Source: Promethearchaeota archaeon
Lineage (GTDB): Archaea > Asgardarchaeota > Lokiarchaeia > Sigyniarchaeales > SOKP01
Direction: 5' to 3'
DNA: 53,131 bases
Assembly (NCBI GenBank): GCA_018238625.1
Contig: JABCSY010000015.1
Span: 1-53,131 of the forward strand
Positions within the stretch are counted from its first letter, which is position 1. Each line of letters opens with the position of its first letter. Position numbers and translations under genes: made by a program. This document shows positions 1 through 9,746 of this stretch, piece by piece. Below the pieces are notes generated by a model that worked only from the letters and a program-made list of their open reading frames with translations, did not search any database and had not been told where the DNA came from.

Positions 1-439
1 GCTCAACTAAAGATTCGGTTATTTTATAAGTTTTTAAATCTTCAAATGGCACGAATTTAGCGTCTAACGCGTCGGAATCTGGTATAGGTGGTTGATTTAG
101 ATCGCCCTCAGTTTGTTCTACGAAATAATTAATCAAAACGTAATGGTATTCGATCTTCCCGGTATCGTCGTACATTATTTTATCTATTATGCCGGCTAAT
201 TTTGTTACCTTCACCTTAAAGCCAGTTTCTTCAAAACCTTCTCTTTCGGCAGCGAATTGTGTTCTTTCGCCGAGATCTAAGTGTCCTCCGGGAATAGACC
301 AATATCCCGCATCAGGATTGAATTTTCGTTTAACTAGCAATAACGAATTATTGCGAATCAGTAAAACGCCAACTCCTACTAATGGAACGATAGGATAACG
401 TCTTAAATCGTAGGGGGTTAAATCTTTTTTATCTGCCAT
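1..439 (-). CDS. NUDIX hydrolase (3' end runs off window; not in ORF track)
   Basis: Manual translation from ATG at 439: MADKKDLTPYDLRRYPIVPLVGVGVLL...WSIPGGHLDLGERTQFAAEREGFEETG, a Nudix box GX5EX7REUXEEXG. Confidence 0.9.
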   Translation of the reverse strand, partial: MADKKDLTPYDLRRYPIVPLVGVGVLLIRNNSLLLVKRKFNPDAGYWSIPGGHLDLGERTQFAAEREGFEETGFKVKVTKLAGIIDKIMYDDTGKIEYHYVLINYFVEQTEGDLNQPPIPDSDALDAKFVPFEDLKTYKITESLVE

Positions 440-636
440 TTTTAAACAAAAACTTTAACGATATTTATTAATAATTTTAGAATCTACTACTATAAATTGT
501 TATTTTTATATAATTTACTTGTATTTTCTTGATATAATTTTAATCATTTGTTAGTATAAATTTAAATATTAGGAAAAAGATTTTCATCCTTACACTTAAA
601 TTAATTAATTAAAAATGAAAAAAGGCGAAATTTAAA

Positions 637-3600
637 ATGAGAAATTTGAATTTAAAAAAAAATAATAAAATCTTTTTGCTATTATATGTATCTATCTTAA
701 TATTCTCTTCTTTAGGCTCTATAAATACTTTTTACAAATCTGAAAGTAATGATTCTTTAACTTTTAATGATGAGATGGATTTTAACCTTAACGATGTGCA
801 ATTTGATCTAAAATCTCTTCCCAAATGGAAGGAGCAAAATTCAAGAGCAGATAAGAATGAAAATGGAATAGATGATATCTTTGAAGTTAGGTTAAAACAT
901 CTATCTGAATTTGGGTTTATCGAAGAAGACTTTGACAGAGATAAAGAACTTTTAGGCATGAATAATATATATGATGATATCTTCAAAAATGACAATCTAA
1001 AAACAGAGAAAATCACTATAGATGACATACCCATAATTATCTATTTCCCTAACGGAGATTATCGTTCAATTTCTTTACTCTTTGAAAGATTAGGAGGAAA
1101 AATAAAATCAACTTATAAAGCAGCTTTAAATGGGTTTGCTGGCAGAATCAGTTATGATCCTTTAAACGAATTTTGCGATTTACTCATACAAAATGACATA
1201 CCGTTTTTCATCGAGGAAGATATGGTTTATGAAGCGCAACTATATTATGCGGGTCGAAATATGAATCTTAGACCCTATGTGTGGAACACTCTTTCTTATG
1301 ATGGAGATGAATATAGTTCAATTGCAATTATTGATACTGGAATTGATGATTCACATAACTTCTTTACTCCGGGTTATTCAGATGCAGATTTTGATTACAA
1401 AATTGTTGGTTGGAGGGATGAAGTAAACGCATTAGCTAGTCCTTATGACGACAATGGTCATGGTTCCCATTGTTCCGGAATCTCAGCAGGAGAGGGTGGT
1501 CCCAATTATGACGGAACTGGGCGAACTGTTGCTACTGCTGCGTATGAATTTGATTATACTGGCTATAATGTACCAGAACAAACACTTTCATTAAATTGGG
1601 CAAGATTTAATGTTACTGACCCTGGTTTGATAGAACTTTTCTGCGAATTTGATGATTTTACACCTGTTCCTGATGATGTTGATTTTTGGGTTTATCTTTA
1701 TTATGAAGATACTATAGTAGATTCGTATGAAGTAAATTCCGACACTTGGTCTCATACCCTTTCATACACAGCAACAAGTAGCTCTCTTGGACTCTATTCT
1801 TTCAGATTTTCTATGCATCTTATAGATAATACTGGTGACGATCAGGTAAGTAATTTCAAAAATAGGTTTAGAAGTGAAATGCATTGGCCTTTTAGCCCTA
1901 ATCTTTTTGGAAGCGGAGATGCATGGAAAGGAGTAGCCCCTGATACCCATTTAGTAGGAGTTAAAGTACTTGATCAACATGGTTCTGGGTGGGCTTCAGA
2001 TATAATTGATGGAATTAATTGGGTAATAACAAACAAAAATGTTTATAACATTACTACTATGTCTTTAAGTCTTGGAGGCTCCTCAGGGCAGTCAGCTATG
2101 ATCACTGCAGTCAATAACGCAGTTGAGGCAGGAATAGTTACGGTGGTTTCAGCTGGAAATAGTGGTCCAGGAGGGAATAATGTAGGATCTCCTGGAGATG
2201 CCGACAACGTAATAACTGTAGCCGCAATGAATATCAATGACGAAACCACTAGTTATAGTAGTCAAGGTGGATTATCATATACGGGCAATACTGTTAAACC
2301 TGATATAACTGCTCCCGGTGGAAGTTTCTACAATGTGCAGATGTTTTCTACTGATACTAACGATAACGATGCTGAAGGAGCATATCCAACTGATGGATAT
2401 GCAAATGATATGATGGGGGCACAAGGAACTTCAATGTCTGCTCCGGCTGTTGCAGGAACCGCAAATTTATTAATTGAAGCTATGGGTGGCCATCAAAGTT
2501 GGGGTTATACTGATACAGAAGCCAAACGAGTAAAAGCATTATTATTAATGTCAGCTACCGAAACCTATCCATTATTAAGAGAAACAGATAGTGGTATATA
2601 CTCTCCCAATTTAAACCGTGGTGGAAAAGATGTTCATGAAGGCTACGGAAGACTTAACGTCGATGTAGCAATAGAAGCGTATACCCAAGAATTAGCTCTA
2701 GGTTCTACACAAAACGCTTGGATCGCAAGTAGTTTTGATAATCCGTTTAATAAGCATGGGCTCGGTTGTTACGTAAACCTTAATGATGGAGAAAATTACA
2801 TTTTTACCTTGGATGTTCCAGTTGGGGCAGATTTTGATTTACATCTGTACTCAAATAATCCTTCTTCAATAGGGGACCCTATTATGGTCGCTTCAAGTAC
2901 TTCAAGTGGCTTAGGAACGAATGAAACAATATTTTATACAGCAACAGAAACAGGAAAGTATTATTTAATCGCTAAAGCTATTTCTGGCGAAGGAAACGCG
3001 ATTATATCATATCCGATGGTTGCACATGATTTGAGTGCGTCATTAGAAGTTCCAACTAATCCAGAAATTGATCAAACTTACATCATAAATGCGACAGTAA
3101 CTAATACTGGCAGTAACATTGAGACAGATGTTGATTTGTTTCTATATCTTGATAGTGTGCTTGTTAATTCAACTACAGTTTCAACTCTTCCTGTTAGTGC
3201 GAGCGAAACAATTAATTATATGTGGACGCCAACCGAATATAAAACCTACAATTTTACTGCTTATGCACCACCAGTACCAGATGAGATTTATTTAGGTAAC
3301 AATATAGAAACTAAATTAATATCAATAAACTTCCTTCTAAATTATACTATGATACTAGATTATGCTTATACTTGGATTGATGCCTCTGGAGGAACAGAAT
3401 TATTTTTAGGTGATGATGGTTATTCTACACAATCTTTACCTTTTGATTTTCAATTCTACAATGAAACCTTTTCAACAATATATATAGGAGCAAATGGGTA
3501 TCTTAGTTTCACAGATTCTTCTCCAAGTGATTATTCTAATGTTCCAATTCCATCGGGAGATTCTGATAATGATTATTTAATCGCTCCATTTTGGGATGAT

Positions 3601-5154
3601 TTATACCTCCCTGCTGGAGGACATATCTATGTAGAATCATTTGGAAGTTATTGGGTTGTGGAATGGCTAGATATACAACATTATCCTGGTTCACTTTTAG
3701 TTGGATCTTTCGAAGTAGTCTTAAAAAACACAGGAGAGATCATCTTTAACTATGATAATCTTAGCTATACAGGTGGTGGATATACATGTGGGTTAAATTT
3801 AGGTAAGGATGTTAGTTTTTATAATTCATATCAAGGCTTAAACGATTTAACTGATGATTATGCTATTCTATTTACTTATGAATCTTCACCAAGTCCTTTC
3901 AATCTATCTTCTAATGCGGGAACTCCTGATAAAGATGGTAATTTTGATTTAACATGGACAAGTTCATATAGAGCTCTAAATTACTCTGTGTATCAATATT
4001 CAAGCTATATTACGGAAATTAATGGAAGTTTAACCCTTTTAGGAGATGGAATAACAGATCTTTCTCTTGCTTTGAGTGGTTATACTGATGGAACCTATTA
4101 CTTTATCGCTGTCGCATATAACGCTTATGGTGATACTCTATCCAATTGTATTGAAGTAATTGTAGAAATCGGCCCACCGGGTGATTTTATATTATCATCT
4201 AATGCAGGAACGCCGGATGATGACGGTAATTTTGATTTGACATGGACAAGTGCAGAGGAAGCTCTAAATTACTCTGTGTACCAATATTCAAGTTATATTA
4301 CGGAAATCAATGGAAGTTTAACCCTTTTAGGGGAGGGAATAACAGATCTTTCTCTTGCTTTGAGTAGTTATACTGATGGAACCTATTACTTTATAGTTGT
4401 AGCTCACAATATTTACGGAGATACTCTTTCAAATTGCATTGAGGTTGTTGTAGGTATTCCACCCGGGGATTATATCTTATCATCTAACGCAGGAACGCCG
4501 GATGATGACGGTAATTTTGATTTAACATGGACAAGTTCAGATAGAGCTCTAAATTACTCTGTGTACCAATATTCAAGTTATATTACGGAAATCAATGGAA
4601 GTTTAACCCTTTTAATAGAAGGAACGACCGACCTTTCACTAGCTTTAAGCGTAAATGCTAATGGAATATACTATTTCATAGTTGTAGCTCATAATAATTA
4701 CGGAGATAACCTTTCAAATTGCATAGAAGTTGTTGTAGGTATTCCACCAGGTGATTTTGTATTATCATCTAATGCAGGAAATCCTAATGATAATGGTGCG
4801 TTTGATTTGTCGTGGGAAAGTGCAGATAGAGCTCTTACTTACTCGGTGTACCAATATTCAAGCTTTATTACAGAAATCAACGGGAGTTTAACCCTTTTAG
4901 GAGATGGAATAACAGATCTTTCTCTTGCTTTGAGCGATTATACTGATGGAACCTATTACTTTATCGCTGTCGCATATAACGCCTATGGCGATACTCTATC
5001 AAATTGCATCAAAGTTGTAGTGCAAATCCCACAAGAACCGGAGCCAACACAGCCCCCCATTCCGGGATATAATATTTTTATATTTGTGCCCATAATTCTA
5101 TTAGTTGTAATGGTTATAATTAGAAAGCAGCATAAAAAAAGAAGTGAATACTAA
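637..5154 (+). CDS. Membrane-anchored S8 (subtilisin-like) serine protease with C-terminal beta-sandwich repeats
   Basis: Triad motifs IIDTGID, HGSHCSG and GTSMSAP; oxyanion SAGNSG; N-terminal hydrophobic signal; CARDB-like segment; four ~95-aa repeats; C-terminal IPGY-TM-basic tail. Confidence 0.93.
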   Translation: MRNLNLKKNNKIFLLLYVSILIFSSLGSINTFYKSESNDSLTFNDEMDFNLNDVQFDLKSLPKWKEQNSRADKNENGIDDIFEVRLKHLSEFGFIEEDFDRDKELLGMNNIYDDIFKNDNLKTEKITIDDIPIIIYFPNGDYRSISLLFERLGGKIKSTYKAALNGFAGRISYDPLNEFCDLLIQNDIPFFIEEDMVYEAQLYYAGRNMNLRPYVWNTLSYDGDEYSSIAIIDTGIDDSHNFFTPGYSDADFDYKIVGWRDEVNALASPYDDNGHGSHCSGISAGEGGPNYDGTGRTVATAAYEFDYTGYNVPEQTLSLNWARFNVTDPGLIELFCEFDDFTPVPDDVDFWVYLYYEDTIVDSYEVNSDTWSHTLSYTATSSSLGLYSFRFSMHLIDNTGDDQVSNFKNRFRSEMHWPFSPNLFGSGDAWKGVAPDTHLVGVKVLDQHGSGWASDIIDGINWVITNKNVYNITTMSLSLGGSSGQSAMITAVNNAVEAGIVTVVSAGNSGPGGNNVGSPGDADNVITVAAMNINDETTSYSSQGGLSYTGNTVKPDITAPGGSFYNVQMFSTDTNDNDAEGAYPTDGYANDMMGAQGTSMSAPAVAGTANLLIEAMGGHQSWGYTDTEAKRVKALLLMSATETYPLLRETDSGIYSPNLNRGGKDVHEGYGRLNVDVAIEAYTQELALGSTQNAWIASSFDNPFNKHGLGCYVNLNDGENYIFTLDVPVGADFDLHLYSNNPSSIGDPIMVASSTSSGLGTNETIFYTATETGKYYLIAKAISGEGNAIISYPMVAHDLSASLEVPTNPEIDQTYIINATVTNTGSNIETDVDLFLYLDSVLVNSTTVSTLPVSASETINYMWTPTEYKTYNFTAYAPPVPDEIYLGNNIETKLISINFLLNYTMILDYAYTWIDASGGTELFLGDDGYSTQSLPFDFQFYNETFSTIYIGANGYLSFTDSSPSDYSNVPIPSGDSDNDYLIAPFWDDLYLPAGGHIYVESFGSYWVVEWLDIQHYPGSLLVGSFEVVLKNTGEIIFNYDNLSYTGGGYTCGLNLGKDVSFYNSYQGLNDLTDDYAILFTYESSPSPFNLSSNAGTPDKDGNFDLTWTSSYRALNYSVYQYSSYITEINGSLTLLGDGITDLSLALSGYTDGTYYFIAVAYNAYGDTLSNCIEVIVEIGPPGDFILSSNAGTPDDDGNFDLTWTSAEEALNYSVYQYSSYITEINGSLTLLGEGITDLSLALSSYTDGTYYFIVVAHNIYGDTLSNCIEVVVGIPPGDYILSSNAGTPDDDGNFDLTWTSSDRALNYSVYQYSSYITEINGSLTLLIEGTTDLSLALSVNANGIYYFIVVAHNNYGDNLSNCIEVVVGIPPGDFVLSSNAGNPNDNGAFDLSWESADRALTYSVYQYSSFITEINGSLTLLGDGITDLSLALSDYTDGTYYFIAVAYNAYGDTLSNCIKVVVQIPQEPEPTQPPIPGYNIFIFVPIILLVVMVIIRKQHKKRSEY
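3889..5025 (+). repeat. Four tandem ~285-nt intragenic repeats (FN3/Ig-like ~95-aa modules)
   Basis: tctaa(t/c)gc anchor at 3910, 4198, 4483 and 4768 (spacing 288/285/285); unit LSSNAG.P...G.FDL.W...YSVYQYSS.ITEINGSLTLL...YYFI.VA.N.YGD.LSNCI. Confidence 0.92.
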
Positions 5155-5277
5155 AAAAATCTTAAATTCTTATTATTTTTCTTATTATTATATTGTTTAT
5201 TTTCTAATTAATGTCAGAAATTTAAAATTAGGATATAAAGATACAACATATCTTATCGAATAACAAAAAATTATTAG

Positions 5278-5775
5278 GTGAAAATTTTTATTCGTCCTTC
5301 ATATTGGCCTATTGGCGGTATGCCCAGAAAGTCCGATCCGTTTACGTGGATCGTTAAGGGTAGATTAGCGGCAAGTTGGTGGCCAGACCTTCCGGTTCTT
5401 GAAATATATAAAAAAGAAGGAATCTCAGTCATTATTAATTGCTCTGAATTTAACAATAGAAAAGACGTCCAAGATACTTTTAAATATTACCACATTAATG
5501 TCGCTGATTATGGATTACCAACTGATAAACAAATTGAGTATTTTCTAACGATTTGCGAAAAGCACGGATTAAACGACGAAGCCATCGTAGTCCATTGTGT
5601 CGCAGGTTGTGGGAGAACGGGACAGTTCGTTGTAGCCTGGGGCGCGAAAAATGGATATATTCTTAAAAATATGGACCCCGTAAACTGGATAAGAAAATTT
5701 AGACCTTGTAGCCTTGAGACTAAAGAACAAATGAATTTTGCTAGAAAAATGGCAAAAAAATATCAAAAAAACTGA
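5278..5775 (+). CDS. Dual-specificity protein phosphatase (CX5R; DUSP23/CDC14-like)
   Basis: HCVAGCGRTG P-loop, DYGLP general-acid loop, RPCSLETKEQ motif. Confidence 0.9.
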   Translation: MKIFIRPSYWPIGGMPRKSDPFTWIVKGRLAASWWPDLPVLEIYKKEGISVIINCSEFNNRKDVQDTFKYYHINVADYGLPTDKQIEYFLTICEKHGLNDEAIVVHCVAGCGRTGQFVVAWGAKNGYILKNMDPVNWIRKFRPCSLETKEQMNFARKMAKKYQKN

Positions 5776-5882
5776 TAATGTAAAGTATTTATTAGATTAA
5801 TTTTATTAGATTAGTAATTTTGTATTGAATAAGTTGTCATAAAAATAATTATATCTAAAATTCTCGATTATTTAGGGTTATT

Positions 5883-7037
5883 ATGAATAAGGAAGATTAT
5901 ATTTATATGATATTAGATAATATATTGGTCTATAACATTAATCTTCCTACTGAATTTCAAGGAAATGGATTGAACAGTCATCTAAATAAATTTGACGAGA
6001 ATAACCTTAAAATTATTGCGGGTTTTACCATAAACTTCATGGAACACTTTTTAATAGTTTCAAACGGCAAAACCCAACAAGATGTCGCCGAACTTTTAAA
6101 AAAAATGGAAAAGATTTCCTATATGGTCGGACCAACAGGGAACCTAAGCTATTTAGCCAGCGATCAAATCGAACACATACTTACTAAAATAAATTCTCTT
6201 AAAATAAATGAAATTAACGAAGAGAAAATCAGTTTACTTGCTGACGATCAGTTAAGAGAACAATTTGGTGGTGCGGGCAATTACAATACTTCGGAAGCTT
6301 TGGAAAACCAATTAGCAAGTGCTGCCTTTTACTTAATGAATATGGGTTATTCTCGAGATGATATCCAAGAAAGATTTAACGAAGTTAGACAAGATCCTAC
6401 GAGATTAGAAGCTCTTTTTAACCTACAACAGAGAGAGATTTATAGCACTCCTTCTGAAATCCAACATAGTTCTTCAGCATCTCCACCGAGCCATCAAGAA
6501 ACATCCATCGATCAAAGTCAAGATTTAAACGAAACAATTGCGCGTCATATACGAGAAATTCACCAAGATATCACAGAGGAGAGAGCGCAAAAAGTCGAAG
6601 TAATCGTTGAACAAATAAAAGCCCATGTTAGAGATAACATGAGCGAGCTCCAAGAAAAAGTGTTTAGACAAATGCACCCAGATAGATTAAACCGATCGTT
6701 GAAGACGCTCAAGACAACAAAAAGAAAATCAAAACGGATGAATTTATATATAGAATGGTATACAGCTAGTTTACTTCTTTCTAAAATAGAGCTAAAAGTC
6801 GAGCACTGGCAAGTTTCGTCAACGGCAGGGCATGGAAGCGCAGGTGTTTATACTGCCGGAATAGATTTTTCTCGATACGATAACATTGTCCGTGAATTTT
6901 CGGATGGAAAGTTAACTAAAGTTGTTAATATTGCTAAACGTATATTGCAAAACCCAAATAAAAAAGCCATTCAAAAACTCGGCCAAGATCTTATAGCAGA
7001 GACGGGATTTGACGAACATTTATACTTTACGGATTAA
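5883..7037 (+). CDS. Hypothetical protein with possible central UBA-like motif
   Basis: 384-aa ORF; LMNMGYSRDDIQ segment followed by an S/P/Q-rich linker. Confidence 0.7.
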   Translation: MNKEDYIYMILDNILVYNINLPTEFQGNGLNSHLNKFDENNLKIIAGFTINFMEHFLIVSNGKTQQDVAELLKKMEKISYMVGPTGNLSYLASDQIEHILTKINSLKINEINEEKISLLADDQLREQFGGAGNYNTSEALENQLASAAFYLMNMGYSRDDIQERFNEVRQDPTRLEALFNLQQREIYSTPSEIQHSSSASPPSHQETSIDQSQDLNETIARHIREIHQDITEERAQKVEVIVEQIKAHVRDNMSELQEKVFRQMHPDRLNRSLKTLKTTKRKSKRMNLYIEWYTASLLLSKIELKVEHWQVSSTAGHGSAGVYTAGIDFSRYDNIVREFSDGKLTKVVNIAKRILQNPNKKAIQKLGQDLIAETGFDEHLYFTD

Positions 7038-7098
7038 ATTTTATACTTTCAATTTTATTCGAGAGAAATTTAATCTTTATTTTAATTAAAGTTGAAAA

Positions 7099-7971
7099 TT
7101 GAAATATGATTACTCTTTTAATCATAATAACCTACAACTAAATTACAAATCAAAATATTTGGTGATTAAAATCCCTGTTTTTAAACATAATGATGTCGAA
7201 TTATTTTATATCAAAGAAGGAAAAGGAGAACCCTTAGTCTTGATAAGTGGATTAGGAAGTAAAATGAGTTGGGATTTCCAAATTCCGTTTTTTAAAGAAA
7301 AGATGATGGTTATCTCGTTGCATAACCGTGGTGTTGGCAAAAGTTCTCGCCCTAATTACCCCTATACGATGGATATGTTTGTTGAGGATATTAAAAATCT
7401 CCTAGAACATTTGAATATTAAAAAGAAGATACACTTATGTGGAATTTCGATGGGTGGGATGATCGCTCAATGTTACGCCTTAAAATACCCCAATTTGGTT
7501 AAAAGTTTGATATTATGCGCTACAGCAGCTATCTACAGTCCTAAATCTCTAGTTGAAGCTCAAGAGCTAATGCAAAATTTTAGTCCAGAGCAAAAGTTTA
7601 AAGTGAGAGTTTCTGCTTTATTCTCAAGACCATTCAAAAAGATTTTAAGACAAGATAAAGAATTATATAAAAGAATTGAAAAGGAATTTATGGAAGATCC
7701 AACAACTTTGCAAGATTATGTTAATCAAGGAGCAGCCATCTCGGGGTACGATACAACGAACGATTTAGATAAGATAAAACAACCTACATTGATAATACTT
7801 GGCGATGACGATCGAATAATACCTACATTAGAACATTCTAAATTGTTACACGAGAAGATTCCTAATTCTAAGTTAGAAATATTAATAAACACCGGTCATG
7901 GTTTTAACACTGAGAAAGCTGAAGAAGTAAATAATATATTGTGGAACTTTATTAAAGAACATTTAAAATGA
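7099..7971 (+). CDS. Alpha/beta hydrolase (true start probably 7162 GTG or 7171 ATC)
   Basis: GISMGG nucleophile elbow, RGVGKS, GDDD acid, TGH catalytic His. Confidence 0.92.
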   Translation: MKYDYSFNHNNLQLNYKSKYLVIKIPVFKHNDVELFYIKEGKGEPLVLISGLGSKMSWDFQIPFFKEKMMVISLHNRGVGKSSRPNYPYTMDMFVEDIKNLLEHLNIKKKIHLCGISMGGMIAQCYALKYPNLVKSLILCATAAIYSPKSLVEAQELMQNFSPEQKFKVRVSALFSRPFKKILRQDKELYKRIEKEFMEDPTTLQDYVNQGAAISGYDTTNDLDKIKQPTLIILGDDDRIIPTLEHSKLLHEKIPNSKLEILINTGHGFNTEKAEEVNNILWNFIKEHLK

Positions 7972-7987
7972 AAATAATAATATTTTT

Positions 7988-9604
7988 TTATTCTTTCTTA
8001 AAAACTGATCTACCCCTAATAATTGTTTCAAGAACGCGAATTTCTTTAATCTCGTCTTTTGGAACTTCTAATGGGTTTTTATCTAAAATAACAAAATCAG
8101 CAAGTTTTCCAACTTCTATGCTCCCCTTAATGTTTTCCTCAAAGGCAGCGTAGGCAGCGTTAATAGTATAGGTTTTTAAAGCCTCTTCCATACTTAAACA
8201 CTCTTCTGGAATAAAACCGTTTCTAGTTACTAAAGCGTGTAATCCTAAGATAGGGCTAGGATCTTCGATCGGACAATCTGAACCTGAAGCAAGAACGACG
8301 CCCGCATCAATAATTGACTTCATTGGATAAGTATACTTACATCGTTCTTTGCCGAGTCGTTTTACCAACCAATTGTATTCTGAATTAATAAAGGGCGGTT
8401 GACACGAAGCAATTACGCCATAAGTAGCCATGTCTTTAATAACATCCTTAGTTAACATAGAGGCGTGCTCAATTCTATGGCGATGGTCGTCCCGAGGAAA
8501 TTCCGTCAAAAGCTTTTTATATAAATCCATAACTATTCGGTTTCCTTTATCTCCGATGGCATGAATCCCAATTTGAAAACCGTTGTTATGGGCTACAACC
8601 ATCTTCTCGTAAATTGCGCCCTCCTCAACAACGCAAAATCCACACGCTCCTGGCGCATCTGAAAATGGTTCGAACATACACGCCGTTTTTGCTCCAAAAG
8701 TACCGTCGAGAAATAGTTTTAAAGCGCCAACTTTAAACTTACTATCTTCCTTTCCACCATGTAAGGGTGGTTTTCTTAATTTAAGCAATTTTTTTGGTTT
8801 CTCAGTATTTATTAAAGCGTACCAATTTTGTAAAATACTATTTTGGATCGATTTACGTAATGGCAGTTCCATTGCTCCTGCATCACCAAACTCTCCCGTG
8901 CTATCGGCACTAATTATGCCGTGAAGCGATGTCAATCCTTTCTGAGCGAAATTATTAAAAGCTTTAACAGCCGCTTCTTTTATTTTTTCTACGTTAGGAA
9001 ATGACATTTTGGCTAAAATGATGTCTAACGCTTGCTCAGATATGACTCCCGTAAGATTTCCGCTACTATCTTTTCGTATTTCACCACCTTCAGGAACTAA
9101 AGTATGCTCGTCTATTTTTGCTAGCTCTAACGCTTTACTGTTTGCAATGCCTATATGTCCATCATATCTCATTACAAACACTGGATGGTCGGGGCACGCT
9201 TCGTCTAAATCTCCCTTATTAGGTAACTTTGGAACATCAAATTTTTCCTCGCAAAGATTAAAAACCATCATAAGTTCGTCTTTGCTTCTTTCTTTTGATG
9301 CCTTCCCTAAATATTCTTTAAGTTCTTCAATGCTTTTCACATCTGATGCATCAGGACTTAACAAATAAAAAATATAAATAATTGGATGTAGATGACAATC
9401 GATAAACCCTGGAAGCAAAGAGTGACCCTTTAAATTAATAAGCGCAGAATCTTTCCCTAAGGCTTTTTTAACGGCTTCTAAGTCGCCAACAGATACGATC
9501 TTTTCGCCTTCAATTCCTACCGCTTCGACGAAGGGTTGATTTTCGTTTATAGTTACTATTGACCCTCCAAAATAAATTTTTTTTTCTAAATTTATCATGC
9601 TCAT
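7988..9604 (-). CDS. Metal-dependent amidohydrolase (YtcJ/Amidohydro_3-like)
   Basis: PGFIDCHLH, KLFLDG, HAIGD, RIEHAS, GSDCP, GKLADFVILD. Confidence 0.92.
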   Translation of the reverse strand: MSMINLEKKIYFGGSIVTINENQPFVEAVGIEGEKIVSVGDLEAVKKALGKDSALINLKGHSLLPGFIDCHLHPIIYIFYLLSPDASDVKSIEELKEYLGKASKERSKDELMMVFNLCEEKFDVPKLPNKGDLDEACPDHPVFVMRYDGHIGIANSKALELAKIDEHTLVPEGGEIRKDSSGNLTGVISEQALDIILAKMSFPNVEKIKEAAVKAFNNFAQKGLTSLHGIISADSTGEFGDAGAMELPLRKSIQNSILQNWYALINTEKPKKLLKLRKPPLHGGKEDSKFKVGALKLFLDGTFGAKTACMFEPFSDAPGACGFCVVEEGAIYEKMVVAHNNGFQIGIHAIGDKGNRIVMDLYKKLLTEFPRDDHRHRIEHASMLTKDVIKDMATYGVIASCQPPFINSEYNWLVKRLGKERCKYTYPMKSIIDAGVVLASGSDCPIEDPSPILGLHALVTRNGFIPEECLSMEEALKTYTINAAYAAFEENIKGSIEVGKLADFVILDKNPLEVPKDEIKEIRVLETIIRGRSVFKKE

Positions 9605-9746
9605 AAAACCAATATTTGATAATTTAAAAATTGATTTTTTCTATTGAGTAAGTATTTTATAAGAAAAGTTTAAAAAATTTTGATTAATTCTTAGATTTAA
9701 CTGTAAAAAAATAAATAGATTCAGTTATAAGAAAGGCGTATAGCAA

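Noticed and set aside
189-398. 69-aa plus-strand ORF
   Set aside because: Antisense shadow of the NUDIX gene on the minus strand
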